IMG/VR virus record: IMGVR_UViG_3300029880_000003
Location: 2,978-66,977 of that record
Source: a virus
Lineage: Duplodnaviria > Heunggongvirae > Uroviricota > Caudoviricetes
Direction: 5' to 3' (one strand)
Length of the DNA: 64,000 nt
Position numbers and translations under genes: made by a program. Positions 29,529 through 38,988 of this stretch are shown piece after piece (positions within the stretch are counted from its first letter, which is position 1; every line of letters begins with the position of its first letter). The notes below the pieces were generated by a model that was given only the letters and a program-made list of their open reading frames with translations, did not search any database and was not told where the DNA came from.

Positions 29529-29795
29529 CATTCCATATCCCAATACGGTACAACAAATTTCTCGTCACAACAGTTGAGTGTCTGGAAAAATATGAATATG
29601 TGTACAGTTGACGTACCAATAGGTAAAACACTTCCTAACAATACGTACACGGTTGTTCCAGTAATTCAACGAAATGGTGTTCCGTTTACGTGTTCTGTTG
29701 TTTCAAAAACTACAACATCATTCAAACTCTACGTTTGGACAATGGGAGATTTCGGTGCAGAAAGCTTCACAGTCAATTGGCATATTAGTTATTAG
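29529..29795 (+). other. silent cassette 3 (SISQYGTTNF...VNWHISY*)
   Basis: Open frame from site to site. Confidence 0.88.
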
Positions 29796-30140
29796 TATTC
29801 CATATCCCAAGTAGAATATTTCGCATCTGAGTCAAATACTTTTAATGTCACACCAAAGATATCTGGTATTGTTGAGGTTGAATGTGTTGTGCATTCAACT
29901 TTTGGAGCGTGGGCAAATAAGCTAAGTGCGAGAATCGCCACGCCAGATGGGTTAACGCTTATAGCAGGAACGGCAAGTGCAGTTAACGGAAATGACCAAG
30001 TTCTACGATCATTCAGGGCGCATGCCGTATTTTCAGGTGTAAAGTCTGGCAGCGCATATAATTTCTCTGTTTATAGAACTGACGGCTCATTCGGGAACTC
30101 ACCGTCATTTTCATGGTTTATTACTGTTCGTCAATACTAG
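29796..30140 (+). other. silent cassette 4 (SISQVEYFAS...WFITVRQY*)
   Basis: Open frame from the site. Confidence 0.88.
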
Positions 30141-30158
30141 CATTTTTCTTGGGCTTAG

Positions 30159-30383
30159 CATTCCATATCCCAGTTAGAGGATGACCTAAAAACATTAACC
30201 AAAAAATTCAATACGCTGAACGGATGCTTCTCGTTCACCAGTGGGCTTTCTGGCATCGCGTTCCATGCTTGGGACGGCGGCTTCCAGATTGCCACAAAAG
30301 GTGGTGCGCAGCAGAAGATTGCCACGTTCGACAAAAACGGTATCAACTTTTATCTGGACGGCAACTACACTTGGCACAAATAA
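30159..30383 (+). other. silent cassette 5 (SISQLEDDLK...GNYTWHK*)
   Basis: Open frame from the site; TAA stop. Confidence 0.85.
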
Positions 30384-30391
30384 TTTGATAG

Positions 30392-30733
30392 CATTCCATA
30401 TCCCAAGTAACTGACTGGACATACCTTGTTGAATCATCGGCTGGAACGACGCTAACAACGGGATACGTGCGATACAGGGTCAACCGTTTTGCTGTTGAGC
30501 TTGACATTGATTACCCTATCACCGATGCATCCGACAAAAAGCTAAGCAAGTTGATTCCCACCAACCTTCGCCCGTATGAGACATTATGGTGGGCGATCTG
30601 CGCCACTAAAAGATGGAACATATCAGACCATATGGCTTACTGCGAAGTGAATAAAGACGGCACTGTGTGGATTGGCAGAAAAGGAGCCGAAGCCGAAGGG
30701 CGTGTGGTCGGCTCGGTTTCGTGGGTTATTTAG
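30392..30733 (+). other. silent cassette 6 (SISQVTDWTY...GSVSWVI*)
   Basis: Open frame from site to site. Confidence 0.88.
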
Positions 30734-31051
30734 TATTCCATATCCCAGGTTACTTTAAAAACCGTCAATGGTATCACTTGTACTTATCGAGTGTGGTCAA
30801 AAAAAGTTGTCGAATGCTGTGTCTCAGGAACAACTACTAATACCCTTAGCTCTGGCAGTGTCATTAATTTCGGAACAATCCCATCTGGGTTACGTCCGAA
30901 AACAACATCGTTTATCATATGTAACGTTCTCTGGAACGGTGGAAAAGTATATTTTAGAACTTATAATGACGGAAGCGTTAGCGTACTATGTGCCGACCAA
31001 GAATTTTCAGGAGGATCTTCTGTTCGTTGTTCGAGAACATGGATTATTTAG
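30734..31051 (+). other. silent cassette 7 (SISQVTLKTV...CSRTWII*)
   Basis: Open frame from site to site. Confidence 0.88.
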
Positions 31052-31369
31052 CATTCCATATCCCCTACAACTCCGTCATTAATTACAGGAAATGGATATG
31101 TTGTCCATAAAGTTGGCAGAATCGTCCTTGTAACAATAAGCCTAAATACATCGATAGGAGATGCTTGGGGTCAAAAATCGATAGCAACATTGCCAAGCAA
31201 CTATGAGCCAATTAAGGAATGTAATTGTGCGCTCGCTGTACAAGGAGGCTACGATAGCTCCGTAGTAGCAAGAATAACTCATAGCTGTAATATAGTTATA
31301 CAAGGAAAAGGTACGGGATGGCGCAGTGGTTGGGTATTTGGGTCATTTGCGTATATTAGTATCGAATAG
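31052..31369 (+). other. silent cassette 8 (SISPTTPSLI...SFAYISIE*)
   Basis: Open frame from site to site. Confidence 0.88.
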
Positions 31370-31726
31370 CATTCCATATCCCAAGCAAAGGACTACGTAG
31401 TAGAGCAAGGCATTAAAAGCGATTGGCAGTACGTCAAATGGGCAAGTGGTCGTGCGGAATGCAGCCGAACAATGGAAGCCAGCCTAACCAAGACAGGCAA
31501 CTACTGGCTACCTGAAGTTAGCCTTCCATTCGCGTTCAAGAAAACCGCAAACTCGCGATCGCGCTTCAGCATCTTCGTGTCTGGCGGTGATTACATTGCC
31601 CCTGTGCTTTACCCTAAATACCCAGTATCCGAATCGACCGTAACAAAAGTATGCTGCGCCGTCACATACGTCACAGCGACAGGCACTACTACGGTTAATT
31701 ATCTTGTTCGTGGATGGTGGAAATGA
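31370..31726 (+). other. silent cassette 9 (SISQAKDYVVEQG..WQYVKWASGRAEC..VRGWWK*)
   Basis: gp53-like fibre C-terminal motif; tail-to-tail with the expressed cassette. Confidence 0.88.
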
Positions 31727-32140
31727 TCACTCGTACAAGATTGTCAACGAAGCTCCGATGTACTGACTAACGCTTCCGCGCAATGTGATGCTGCTTGCAT
31801 CGTAATCTGACAACACGATTCGGTCGCTGGTGCTATGGCAAACGTATGTCAAAAACACGGCTTTGATCTTCGCGAAATCGACACCCCACGAGACACTTAC
31901 ATTCGTGGTGGTGTTCTCGCCGATGTAGATATTGGGGAGCGTTAGCTTCGATGTTTTCAGCGCATGGGATATGGAATCCCACGCACTTTGCAAAGTGGTA
32001 TTATCTGACAATTTTATATCGCTGGCACCAAGCGTAACATTGGAGGACAATGCCTTTCCGTTGATGGTTCTCGTATTGGGAACCTTTGAATTCACCTCTG
32101 ATTTAGTGGCATAGATTGTGTTTAGATTTACCCAAGCCAT
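31727..32140 (-). CDS. expressed shufflon gene: 54-aa constant part, DSIS site, current variable tip
   Basis: GAAGGTG RBS; KVPNTRTINGKALSSNVTL fibre motif; site in frame as W-D-S-I-S. Confidence 0.88.
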   Translation of the reverse strand: MAWVNLNTIYATKSEVNSKVPNTRTINGKALSSNVTLGASDIKLSDNTTLQSAWDSISHALKTSKLTLPNIYIGENTTTNVSVSWGVDFAKIKAVFLTYVCHSTSDRIVLSDYDASSITLRGSVSQYIGASLTILYE

Positions 32141-32242
32141 ATAATCACCTTCCTAGTTGATATATTGAAAATAAGAAAAAGAAGGGTGCGAACACTAAGT
32201 TCACACCCATTGTAATAACTTATTCAATCTAAAAATATAAGA

Positions 32243-33379
32243 CTATTTGCTGGAAATCATTTGCTCAATCAGTGCAACGACCTCAGCTTTTGAATACACA
32301 TCAAGATTATCTCTTGCAGCGGCAGCAGTGGTAGCACCAGTACCACCCTGCGCAACTCCCAATGTGCCATAAAGATTTGCAACGCTCGGTCTAACGATGT
32401 CGATGACCCATTGAGTGCCATCGTACATAACGCGAACAGGCTTATTTGCAACAAGCATGTTGCTTGAACTCAGAGTAGTCGTAGCAGTTGTGTTGTTGGA
32501 TATCTTCATCCTAATGTTCTTGGCACCAAGCCCATTCACATTAATGGTTGGATTGACTTTTGTACTTGTAACATTGGGAATCATCACGAAGCTCACGCCA
32601 GCAGTTAGAGCCGTGATTCCATCTACAGATGCAACATATGCCCCGCCAGTGCCAGTGGTGGTAACAATTTTATCGCCACCGTTTTCTTCTCCCCAAACAG
32701 CGGTGCCGTCAGAAGACCAGCGAAGAACCTGTCCGCTCGCACCGCCAGCAGGGACATGCTTGCTGCCAGCGGCGATAGGGTGCGTATACACCGTATCCTT
32801 GGATGCAATTGTAACAGACTTGCCATCGGTATTAGGGGTAAGCGTTACATTGTTCCCAGCAATCATGGTCAACGTATCGGTCTTTGCACCAGAGGAAATA
32901 GTTGAGCTGCCTACTTTTACCTTTGAGAACGCATTCTGATTAGCCTCTGCGCCACTAGGGGCATGGGTAGACTGAGAATGGGCATACGCAGCATCCCAGT
33001 TGGTTTTCTTCGCAGATGTAACATGCACATCGGCATTGCCAGTGTGGGAAGTCAAGATGCTTGAGTCAGCCTTCGCGCTCAGCTTCGAGTCAACGTCTGA
33101 CTTCTTGTAATAAGAGCCGTCATGGTTATGGTTAGTAGAGGCATATTCTGTATGCGTGTGATTGACATTAGCCTTGCTGCTTAAGGCATCTCTAACTGCG
33201 GTCACGTCTTCGGCTGTAGCATAACCCGTATGTGTATGGTTCTTTGCTGCATAAGTGCTTGGCAAAGAAGCGTGAACTGCATCAATAGCATCGATATCAT
33301 CCGTTAAACAACGGGTCATGTCGGTGTCTCTCCAAATATCGTTTGTTGAATAAGTTGGTGTAAAATTCGGGTTAGCCAT
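32243..33379 (-). CDS. tail-fibre-like protein
   Basis: N-terminal STNDIWR..RCLTDD, HTH repeats, NVNGLGAK domain. Confidence 0.78.
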   Translation of the reverse strand: MANPNFTPTYSTNDIWRDTDMTRCLTDDIDAIDAVHASLPSTYAAKNHTHTGYATAEDVTAVRDALSSKANVNHTHTEYASTNHNHDGSYYKKSDVDSKLSAKADSSILTSHTGNADVHVTSAKKTNWDAAYAHSQSTHAPSGAEANQNAFSKVKVGSSTISSGAKTDTLTMIAGNNVTLTPNTDGKSVTIASKDTVYTHPIAAGSKHVPAGGASGQVLRWSSDGTAVWGEENGGDKIVTTTGTGGAYVASVDGITALTAGVSFVMIPNVTSTKVNPTINVNGLGAKNIRMKISNNTTATTTLSSSNMLVANKPVRVMYDGTQWVIDIVRPSVANLYGTLGVAQGGTGATTAAAARDNLDVYSKAEVVALIEQMISSK

Positions 33380-33432
33380 AATATTCTCCTTAGAACGTAG
33401 TGAACAAGGTTGTTTCGATTGCTACATTGGTA

Positions 33433-35904
33433 TTAAATATAAACGTATACCTCTGGGCTGCCGTTATTTGGCTCGATCCATATGCTTCCCTGAGTAACGT
33501 CAGTAGAGGGGACATAGGTGCCGTAGTATATAGGCTTAACACCAAGATTATCCCTTGCAGTAGCAGCATCAGTTGCACCAGTGCCACCACCAGAAACAGG
33601 AACAGTGCCGTATAGCCCAGAGGCATTGGGTCTAAAGCCATCGATAACCCATTGAATACCATCATACATAACATCTACTGGCTTGTTTGCAACCAGAAAA
33701 TTTCTGACTGTAAAGCCAGTTGTTGCACTCGTATAACCAGACAGGCGCATCCTAAGATTCTTTGCACCAAGCCCGTTTACGTTTAATGTAGGTGTGACAT
33801 CTGTACTTGTCGTATGCGGAATCATAGTGAACTTAACACCTGCTGTGAGAGACGTGATGCCATTGACAGTGGCAGTATATGCAGCACCAGTACCAGCGGT
33901 AGTGACTGGGTTTATGCCGATGTTAGTCCTGATGCCATCTACGGTATTAGTTCCAGTACCGCCATTGCCGATAGGCAAGATGCCCGTGACACCAGGCGCT
34001 ATGTTGGCAGAACCATTAAATGATGCAGGAGAGGCAGAGCCAAGGTTCGTCTGAATAGTACGGCTTGTTGCAAGCTTGGTTGCCGTTGCTGCATTGCCAG
34101 AGCAAGAAGATGCAGTTGTAGCAGATGTTGCCGAAGTTGCCGAAGTTGCCGATCCAGCAGACGTAGCATATTTTACCGACTTATCGGCATCAGCAGTATT
34201 GTCTACGTTGCCCAAACCGACATCTGATTTGGTGTGTGTATGAGAACTGCTAGCCTTGCCGCTTAAAGCAGATGTAATAGCGCTCTGTGTCATGGTGCCG
34301 TCTGTATTAGTACCAATGCCAGAGTAAAGCTTAGTAGTGCCAGTAGCAGTAGCGCTGCCAACAGGATATGTAGTATTTGTAGTAGGAGGAGTATAGCCAA
34401 GAGCCGTAGTCACATTTGCCTTGGTAAGCTCTCCACGGATAGTGGCAGAAGATTTGTTCTCAACGCTGCCAAGACCTAAATCAGATTTGGTTGTACCGTG
34501 TGGATTTCCAGTCTCCTGAGAATGGTCATAAGCAACTTTGCCTCTATCGCCACGATAAGCAGTAGAAGAAGTTTCTCCGAGAGCAATCGTATCAGAGATT
34601 ACTGCAAAGGCAGAGCCACTCCAGCGATAGATCTTATTCGTATTTAAGTCAGTATAAATCTTACCAGCCTCACCAGCAATCTCAGTGCCGTAGGTGCTAT
34701 CGGAGTTCTTCGTCTTATAAAACTTTGAACTAGAATAATAGCCTTCGATAACATCATCTACATAGCCAGGCAAGTTAGCAGCAGGTATTACACCACTTAG
34801 CTTGCTTGTGGCATCAATAGTGCCAGTTATCTCGCTATAGCTGTAAGACGGTTTTGTACTTGCTTTAGCCCAAGAGCTAACATCTGATGCTGGCATAGAA
34901 GTGGGAAAGTCAGCAATCTGAGATTTCGTATGCGTATGACTTGAAGCAGCAGCGCCAATGCTTGATGGCGTGATGTTGATGGACTTTGCAACAGAGCCAT
35001 CATACGCACCTTGAGAAGCCCCGTTCAATGAAATCGTAAGCGAGCTGGGATTCTTCATCGTTGTCGGGAAATCCGTAATCTGAGACTTAGTATGGTTATG
35101 ACTTGAAGCAGCAGCGCCTATATCTGATGGTGTAGGTTTGTATAAGGTACTGTAGTAATATCCCCAGTCACTCCACGAAGAAGCATTGAATTGTCTTGTC
35201 CAAGTTTTCCCAGCAGAAGCATTGCCTTCGATTAGAATCTGATTAATATATCCAGTGGAAGTTCTCTGAACTGTCAACCCAAATGCATCAACGCCAGACG
35301 GCTTATTCGTAACGGTATTGTCTCCGTCAGCATAATAAGTGCCAGTTGCCTTAATGTTGTTTAGGCTCTCAGTTGTCAGTTGGTTAGCATTCAAATAACT
35401 AGCGGTTTCAGCAGTATCGGCATGTTTAACGCTTTTGTCTGCGTCAGCGGTATTGTCTACATTACCCAACCCAACTTCGGATTTAGTATACGTAGGCTTT
35501 GTAGCAGCCTTTGCCCATGCAGGAACATCACTTGCTGGCATTGAAGTGGGGAAGTCGATGATCTGACTCTTGGAATGAGTATGCACAGAAGCAGCCTTCT
35601 CACTCAACTTGTCATCCACTTCTGATTCTGTATAATAAATATCATTATGGTTATGCGCAGAATCGGCAGCACCTACATCAGATGCAGATAGGGCAACATC
35701 AGCAGACAAGCTCTTTCCATTTACTTTTCTTGTCGTAGGAACCTTGCCAGAAAGAGCAGAGTTCACTACCTTGTTCTGCACTGGGTTAGTTGAAGTAGAG
35801 CTGAGTGAGCTATCTACAGGATGCGTATGAGACTTCGAGGCAAACGTGTCTCTGAGCTTCGCAAGAAAATCTGTCAGTCCAGTAAGGTCAAGATATTTAA
35901 CCAT
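33433..35904 (-). CDS. long tail-fibre-like protein with internal repeats
   Basis: HTHxKSQIxDFP x3, VGLGNVDNTADADKSVK x2, pyocin-knob-like segment, NVNGLGAK domain. Confidence 0.82.
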   Translation of the reverse strand: MVKYLDLTGLTDFLAKLRDTFASKSHTHPVDSSLSSTSTNPVQNKVVNSALSGKVPTTRKVNGKSLSADVALSASDVGAADSAHNHNDIYYTESEVDDKLSEKAASVHTHSKSQIIDFPTSMPASDVPAWAKAATKPTYTKSEVGLGNVDNTADADKSVKHADTAETASYLNANQLTTESLNNIKATGTYYADGDNTVTNKPSGVDAFGLTVQRTSTGYINQILIEGNASAGKTWTRQFNASSWSDWGYYYSTLYKPTPSDIGAAASSHNHTKSQITDFPTTMKNPSSLTISLNGASQGAYDGSVAKSINITPSSIGAAASSHTHTKSQIADFPTSMPASDVSSWAKASTKPSYSYSEITGTIDATSKLSGVIPAANLPGYVDDVIEGYYSSSKFYKTKNSDSTYGTEIAGEAGKIYTDLNTNKIYRWSGSAFAVISDTIALGETSSTAYRGDRGKVAYDHSQETGNPHGTTKSDLGLGSVENKSSATIRGELTKANVTTALGYTPPTTNTTYPVGSATATGTTKLYSGIGTNTDGTMTQSAITSALSGKASSSHTHTKSDVGLGNVDNTADADKSVKYATSAGSATSATSATSATTASSCSGNAATATKLATSRTIQTNLGSASPASFNGSANIAPGVTGILPIGNGGTGTNTVDGIRTNIGINPVTTAGTGAAYTATVNGITSLTAGVKFTMIPHTTSTDVTPTLNVNGLGAKNLRMRLSGYTSATTGFTVRNFLVANKPVDVMYDGIQWVIDGFRPNASGLYGTVPVSGGGTGATDAATARDNLGVKPIYYGTYVPSTDVTQGSIWIEPNNGSPEVYVYI

Positions 35905-36049
35905 ATATAAATCACATCCTTTCCTGTATCTAAATATATCGATTTTATTGATTTTTCTTTTTAAAAATAGAGATACTTAGATACAATATCTCCATGTGAA
36001 TTACCCTACAAATTGGAAATAGATGCGATAAAGTAGGGTAGAGGGGTGG

Positions 36050-36076
36050 GGTAGGGGAGGGATTAACTCCCCTACC
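36050..36076. terminator. strong hairpin downstream of the 467-aa gene
   Basis: GGTAGGGGAG / CTCCCCTACC; no clear U-tract. Confidence 0.45.
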
Positions 36077-36096
36077 GTCACTAATATCGTTTAAAC

Positions 36097-37500
36097 TTAC
36101 GCGAAGAGAGCATTTACTTCATCAGTAGTAACGGCTACGAAATCCGCAACAAGTCCATCGGCATATGCCTTTGCATTTGTTTCCGCAGAATCCCAGCCAG
36201 AAACCTTCGCAGCGGTAATGCCGTCAAGTACAGTTTTATTTGTATGAGAATGAGAAGCGGTAGACGCAGCATCCCAATCTGCAACCTTACCAGCATCAAT
36301 ACCGTTAAGCACCTCGGCATTAGCATGGGTATGAGCCTTGCCTTCGAGAGTCGTAACCTTGCCCTCAGCGGTGGTTACACGAGTACCGAGTGCGGTAACA
36401 TCGGAAGCAGCAGCCTTGGTTGCTACAACCTCTTCAAGTGCGTCAACGTCAGCCTGAGCATCGTCACCAGCCTTCTTAGCTGCGGTAATCTTGGTATCAA
36501 GAGCGGTATCGGCAGCAGTACGAGCATCGGTTTCAACCTTGACCGCATCAGCAATCTGATCGGCAACAGAGCCTTCGCCCTCGCCAAACTTAGCCTCAAT
36601 AGCCTTTACACGAGTATCAAGTGCGCCCTCAGCCTTCTCTGCACGAGACTGCTCGGCAGCTACCTTCTCATTGATATAGCCAATTACATCAGCAGCAGAA
36701 GTGCCTTCAGGAAGCTTGCCTACGAACTTCTCAAGGGTGGAGATAGCGGTGGCATTCTTGGCAATATCGCCAGCCATCTCAGCAGCTTCGGAGCTGTGGG
36801 TCGCGCAATAATCGACCAGTTCCTTATAAGTATTCACAACATTGTCATCGGAAACCTTGGTTGCGAAGTCGTTGAAAGCATCGTCAATCTGCTTCTTGAC
36901 AGAGCCAGCGCCCTCGCCATTAAGTGTAGTGATGGCAGCGGCATTTGCAGTTGCCTTTGCCTCTACAGCGTCAGCGCGACCTTCAAGCGCATCGATATCA
37001 TCAGCGTTGGTCTTAATAGAGCCTTCAGCAGTAGCAACACGAGTCTTCAGTGTGGTAAGCTCGGCATCAGAAGCAATGCCAGAAGTCTTCTCATCAACAT
37101 ATGCGACTACGTTCTTGGACTTTGCAGTTTCAGGAATAGTGCCGACATAGACTTCAAGATTGTCAACATCGCCCTGCGCCGCATCAGCCTTACCCTCAAC
37201 AGCAGTGATTTTGCCTTCGAGAGCGGTCTTAGCATCAGCAACAGCCTTCGCAACAGAACCATCGGTTGTGGCATCGCCATTGAGTTTCGCGATAGCTTCC
37301 TTATTAGCCTTCACCTGACCATCGGCGAGTTCCTGTACTTTTGTTGCAGCAGTCCCAGCTTTGTCGTAGTTGCCAGCAAGACCATCAGCATAGTCTTTTG
37401 CCGCCTGAAGCGCAGCAGCGTCCTTATCATCAATTAGCGCCTTGATTTTACCGTCATATGTGGTCAAACCAGTGAGATCCACATATTTCTTTTCAGCCAT
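36097..37500 (-). CDS. Ala-rich coiled-coil fibre-like structural protein
   Basis: Heptad-like repeats, HTHAN.VL.GI repeats, biased codon usage. Confidence 0.75.
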   Translation of the reverse strand: MAEKKYVDLTGLTTYDGKIKALIDDKDAAALQAAKDYADGLAGNYDKAGTAATKVQELADGQVKANKEAIAKLNGDATTDGSVAKAVADAKTALEGKITAVEGKADAAQGDVDNLEVYVGTIPETAKSKNVVAYVDEKTSGIASDAELTTLKTRVATAEGSIKTNADDIDALEGRADAVEAKATANAAAITTLNGEGAGSVKKQIDDAFNDFATKVSDDNVVNTYKELVDYCATHSSEAAEMAGDIAKNATAISTLEKFVGKLPEGTSAADVIGYINEKVAAEQSRAEKAEGALDTRVKAIEAKFGEGEGSVADQIADAVKVETDARTAADTALDTKITAAKKAGDDAQADVDALEEVVATKAAASDVTALGTRVTTAEGKVTTLEGKAHTHANAEVLNGIDAGKVADWDAASTASHSHTNKTVLDGITAAKVSGWDSAETNAKAYADGLVADFVAVTTDEVNALFA

Positions 37501-37512
37501 AAAAAATACCTC

Positions 37513-38013
37513 CTAGAAGAGAGAATTGATATCATCGTCAGTGACGGTTTCAATAGAACCGCCAGAAGAAACATCTGATTTATCTGCCACAACTACATAC
37601 TTGTTAACGGCACTATCGTAAACAGATATTTCCTTTTTTGTCTTATCGACATACAGCGTTTTTTCGTTAGCTTTTCCAAGCCCCAATTCGGGTAATTCAG
37701 CCCCGATGAATACTATGTCTTCTGGTTGGCTAGTAATCTGAATCCAACCATTTTGATAATGCCATAATACGGCAGTGTCAATCACAAAATAATATCCATC
37801 GGACGGAGAGGAAAGCGATGCCCTCTCGTAATCTGTTTCCAACTCCGTAATCTGATTGTAGAATGTACGCTTGTCATTGAAGTCAAAAGCAATTCTGCCC
37901 TTGTCTTTGATAAAAACAAGTTGCCCATTCTTAATCAACAAACTTGAGAGTTTTTCGGAGGTAGTAACAACGATTGACATTGAGGCTTTGTTCGCCGTTT
38001 CTGCCATATTCAT
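37513..38013 (-). CDS. hypothetical tail-associated protein
   Basis: GGAGG RBS; C-terminus VTDDDINSLF. Confidence 0.7.
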   Translation of the reverse strand: MNMAETANKASMSIVVTTSEKLSSLLIKNGQLVFIKDKGRIAFDFNDKRTFYNQITELETDYERASLSSPSDGYYFVIDTAVLWHYQNGWIQITSQPEDIVFIGAELPELGLGKANEKTLYVDKTKKEISVYDSAVNKYVVVADKSDVSSGGSIETVTDDDINSLF

Positions 38014-38030
38014 TACCTCCAAATCAGGGA

Positions 38031-38390
38031 CTAAAACTCAACTACTTCGACAACGCCACCAGAAATTTGATCGGCGTAATCCTTTGCAGATTGCAGCGTC
38101 TCTTCCTTGACCTTTGGCAGAATAGACTGAGCAATAATCTTTACGGCTTCATCTAGTGTTTTTCCAGCAGCAATCTTGTTGCCATTTGTTTCATCAACAC
38201 TGTTTACGCATGAAACATTAATGTCCTCCTGGATTCGAGGAGTATGAAGAACCGTGTTGCCGCTTTTGTCGAGCCAACCAAATTCGCCATCATCAAGATA
38301 AAGAATATCAAACTGATCGATAACTCCATTGGTCTTTGCTGTCTCGATATTCGCCTTGCTGCCGAAAGCAGCTTTTGAGAGTTTTGCCAT
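38031..38390 (-). CDS. hypothetical tail-associated protein
   Basis: GGAGG RBS; C-terminus VEVVEF. Confidence 0.7.
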   Translation of the reverse strand: MAKLSKAAFGSKANIETAKTNGVIDQFDILYLDDGEFGWLDKSGNTVLHTPRIQEDINVSCVNSVDETNGNKIAAGKTLDEAVKIIAQSILPKVKEETLQSAKDYADQISGGVVEVVEF

Positions 38391-38478
38391 AAGCTATACC
38401 TCCTTTAGTTAATAGAATTTTACATGTTATGAAAGAATCTATGTTGATTCATTTCGTAATTTAAAAGGAGGCATATAT

Positions 38479-38607
38479 CTATTTTCCAAGTATATACGCC
38501 TTTTCAGCATCGGTAATCTTACCGCTTTCAAAAAGCTTGACTACCTTATCATCTTTAATAATATGGTTATCGTACAAACGCTTCAAAGACTCTACGAATT
38601 GATTCAT
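38479..38607 (-). CDS. 42-aa XkdX-like protein (MNQFVESLKRLY...ITDAEKAYILGK)
   Basis: Read manually; typical LKRLY..KIT..E..I pattern. Confidence 0.65.
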   Translation of the reverse strand: MNQFVESLKRLYDNHIIKDDKVVKLFESGKITDAEKAYILGK

Positions 38608-38922
38608 TTAAATCAGCTCCTCGTCAAGCAACATCTTCGTATATTCATCGATTATAGCTTGTGGAGTCTTCATGTTCAGAATCCTAAGCTGATTATACTC
38701 ATACTCATCTATTTGTTCTATTCTCACAGTATCGTATCCTGGCACTGGGATGTTGTATAAAGATTCCTCGTGCCAGATATACTTTCTGTCAGAAGAGAAA
38801 ATAGCCTGTGCCACAGATTCATCGCAGAACTGCATACGATTATGCTTCTCTTGATAATTCAGATAAACTATCTCATCCAGAACATCAATTACTTTGTCAT
38901 CTTTGATAACCTTGTAGTACAT
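38608..38922 (-). CDS. hypothetical protein
   Basis: GGAGGTG RBS before MYYKVIK. Confidence 0.7.
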   Translation of the reverse strand: MYYKVIKDDKVIDVLDEIVYLNYQEKHNRMQFCDESVAQAIFSSDRKYIWHEESLYNIPVPGYDTVRIEQIDEYEYNQLRILNMKTPQAIIDEYTKMLLDEELI

Positions 38923-38988
38923 GCAATCACCTCCAAAAAATAGAAAGGAGGATGCCGTATGCATCTACGACACCCTCAATTAATCCAG

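Larger units (their letters stand above)
28917..31986. mobile_element. multi-cassette shufflon: nine direct TAG(C/T)ATTCCATATCCC sites plus one inverted site
   Basis: Sites at 28917, 29244, 29526, 29793, 30156, 30389, 30731, 31049, 31367 (+) and 31981-31966 (-). Confidence 0.92.

Noticed and set aside
28008..30383. Amber (TAG) recoding making an invertase-cassette polyprotein
   Set aside because: The in-frame TAGs belong to the sites. Very long genes elsewhere have no internal TAG, and TAG ends normal genes.
30768..31082. 104-aa ATG ORF inside the cassette array
   Set aside because: Out of frame with the site-defined cassette 7 and crosses a recombination site.
28917..31382. CRISPR array
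   Set aside because: Repeats are 16 bp with 230-360 bp coding intervals and no cas genes; they fit recombination sites.
36244..37437. 397-aa plus-strand ORF
   Set aside because: Antisense shadow of a codon-biased minus-strand structural gene; no RBS or motifs.
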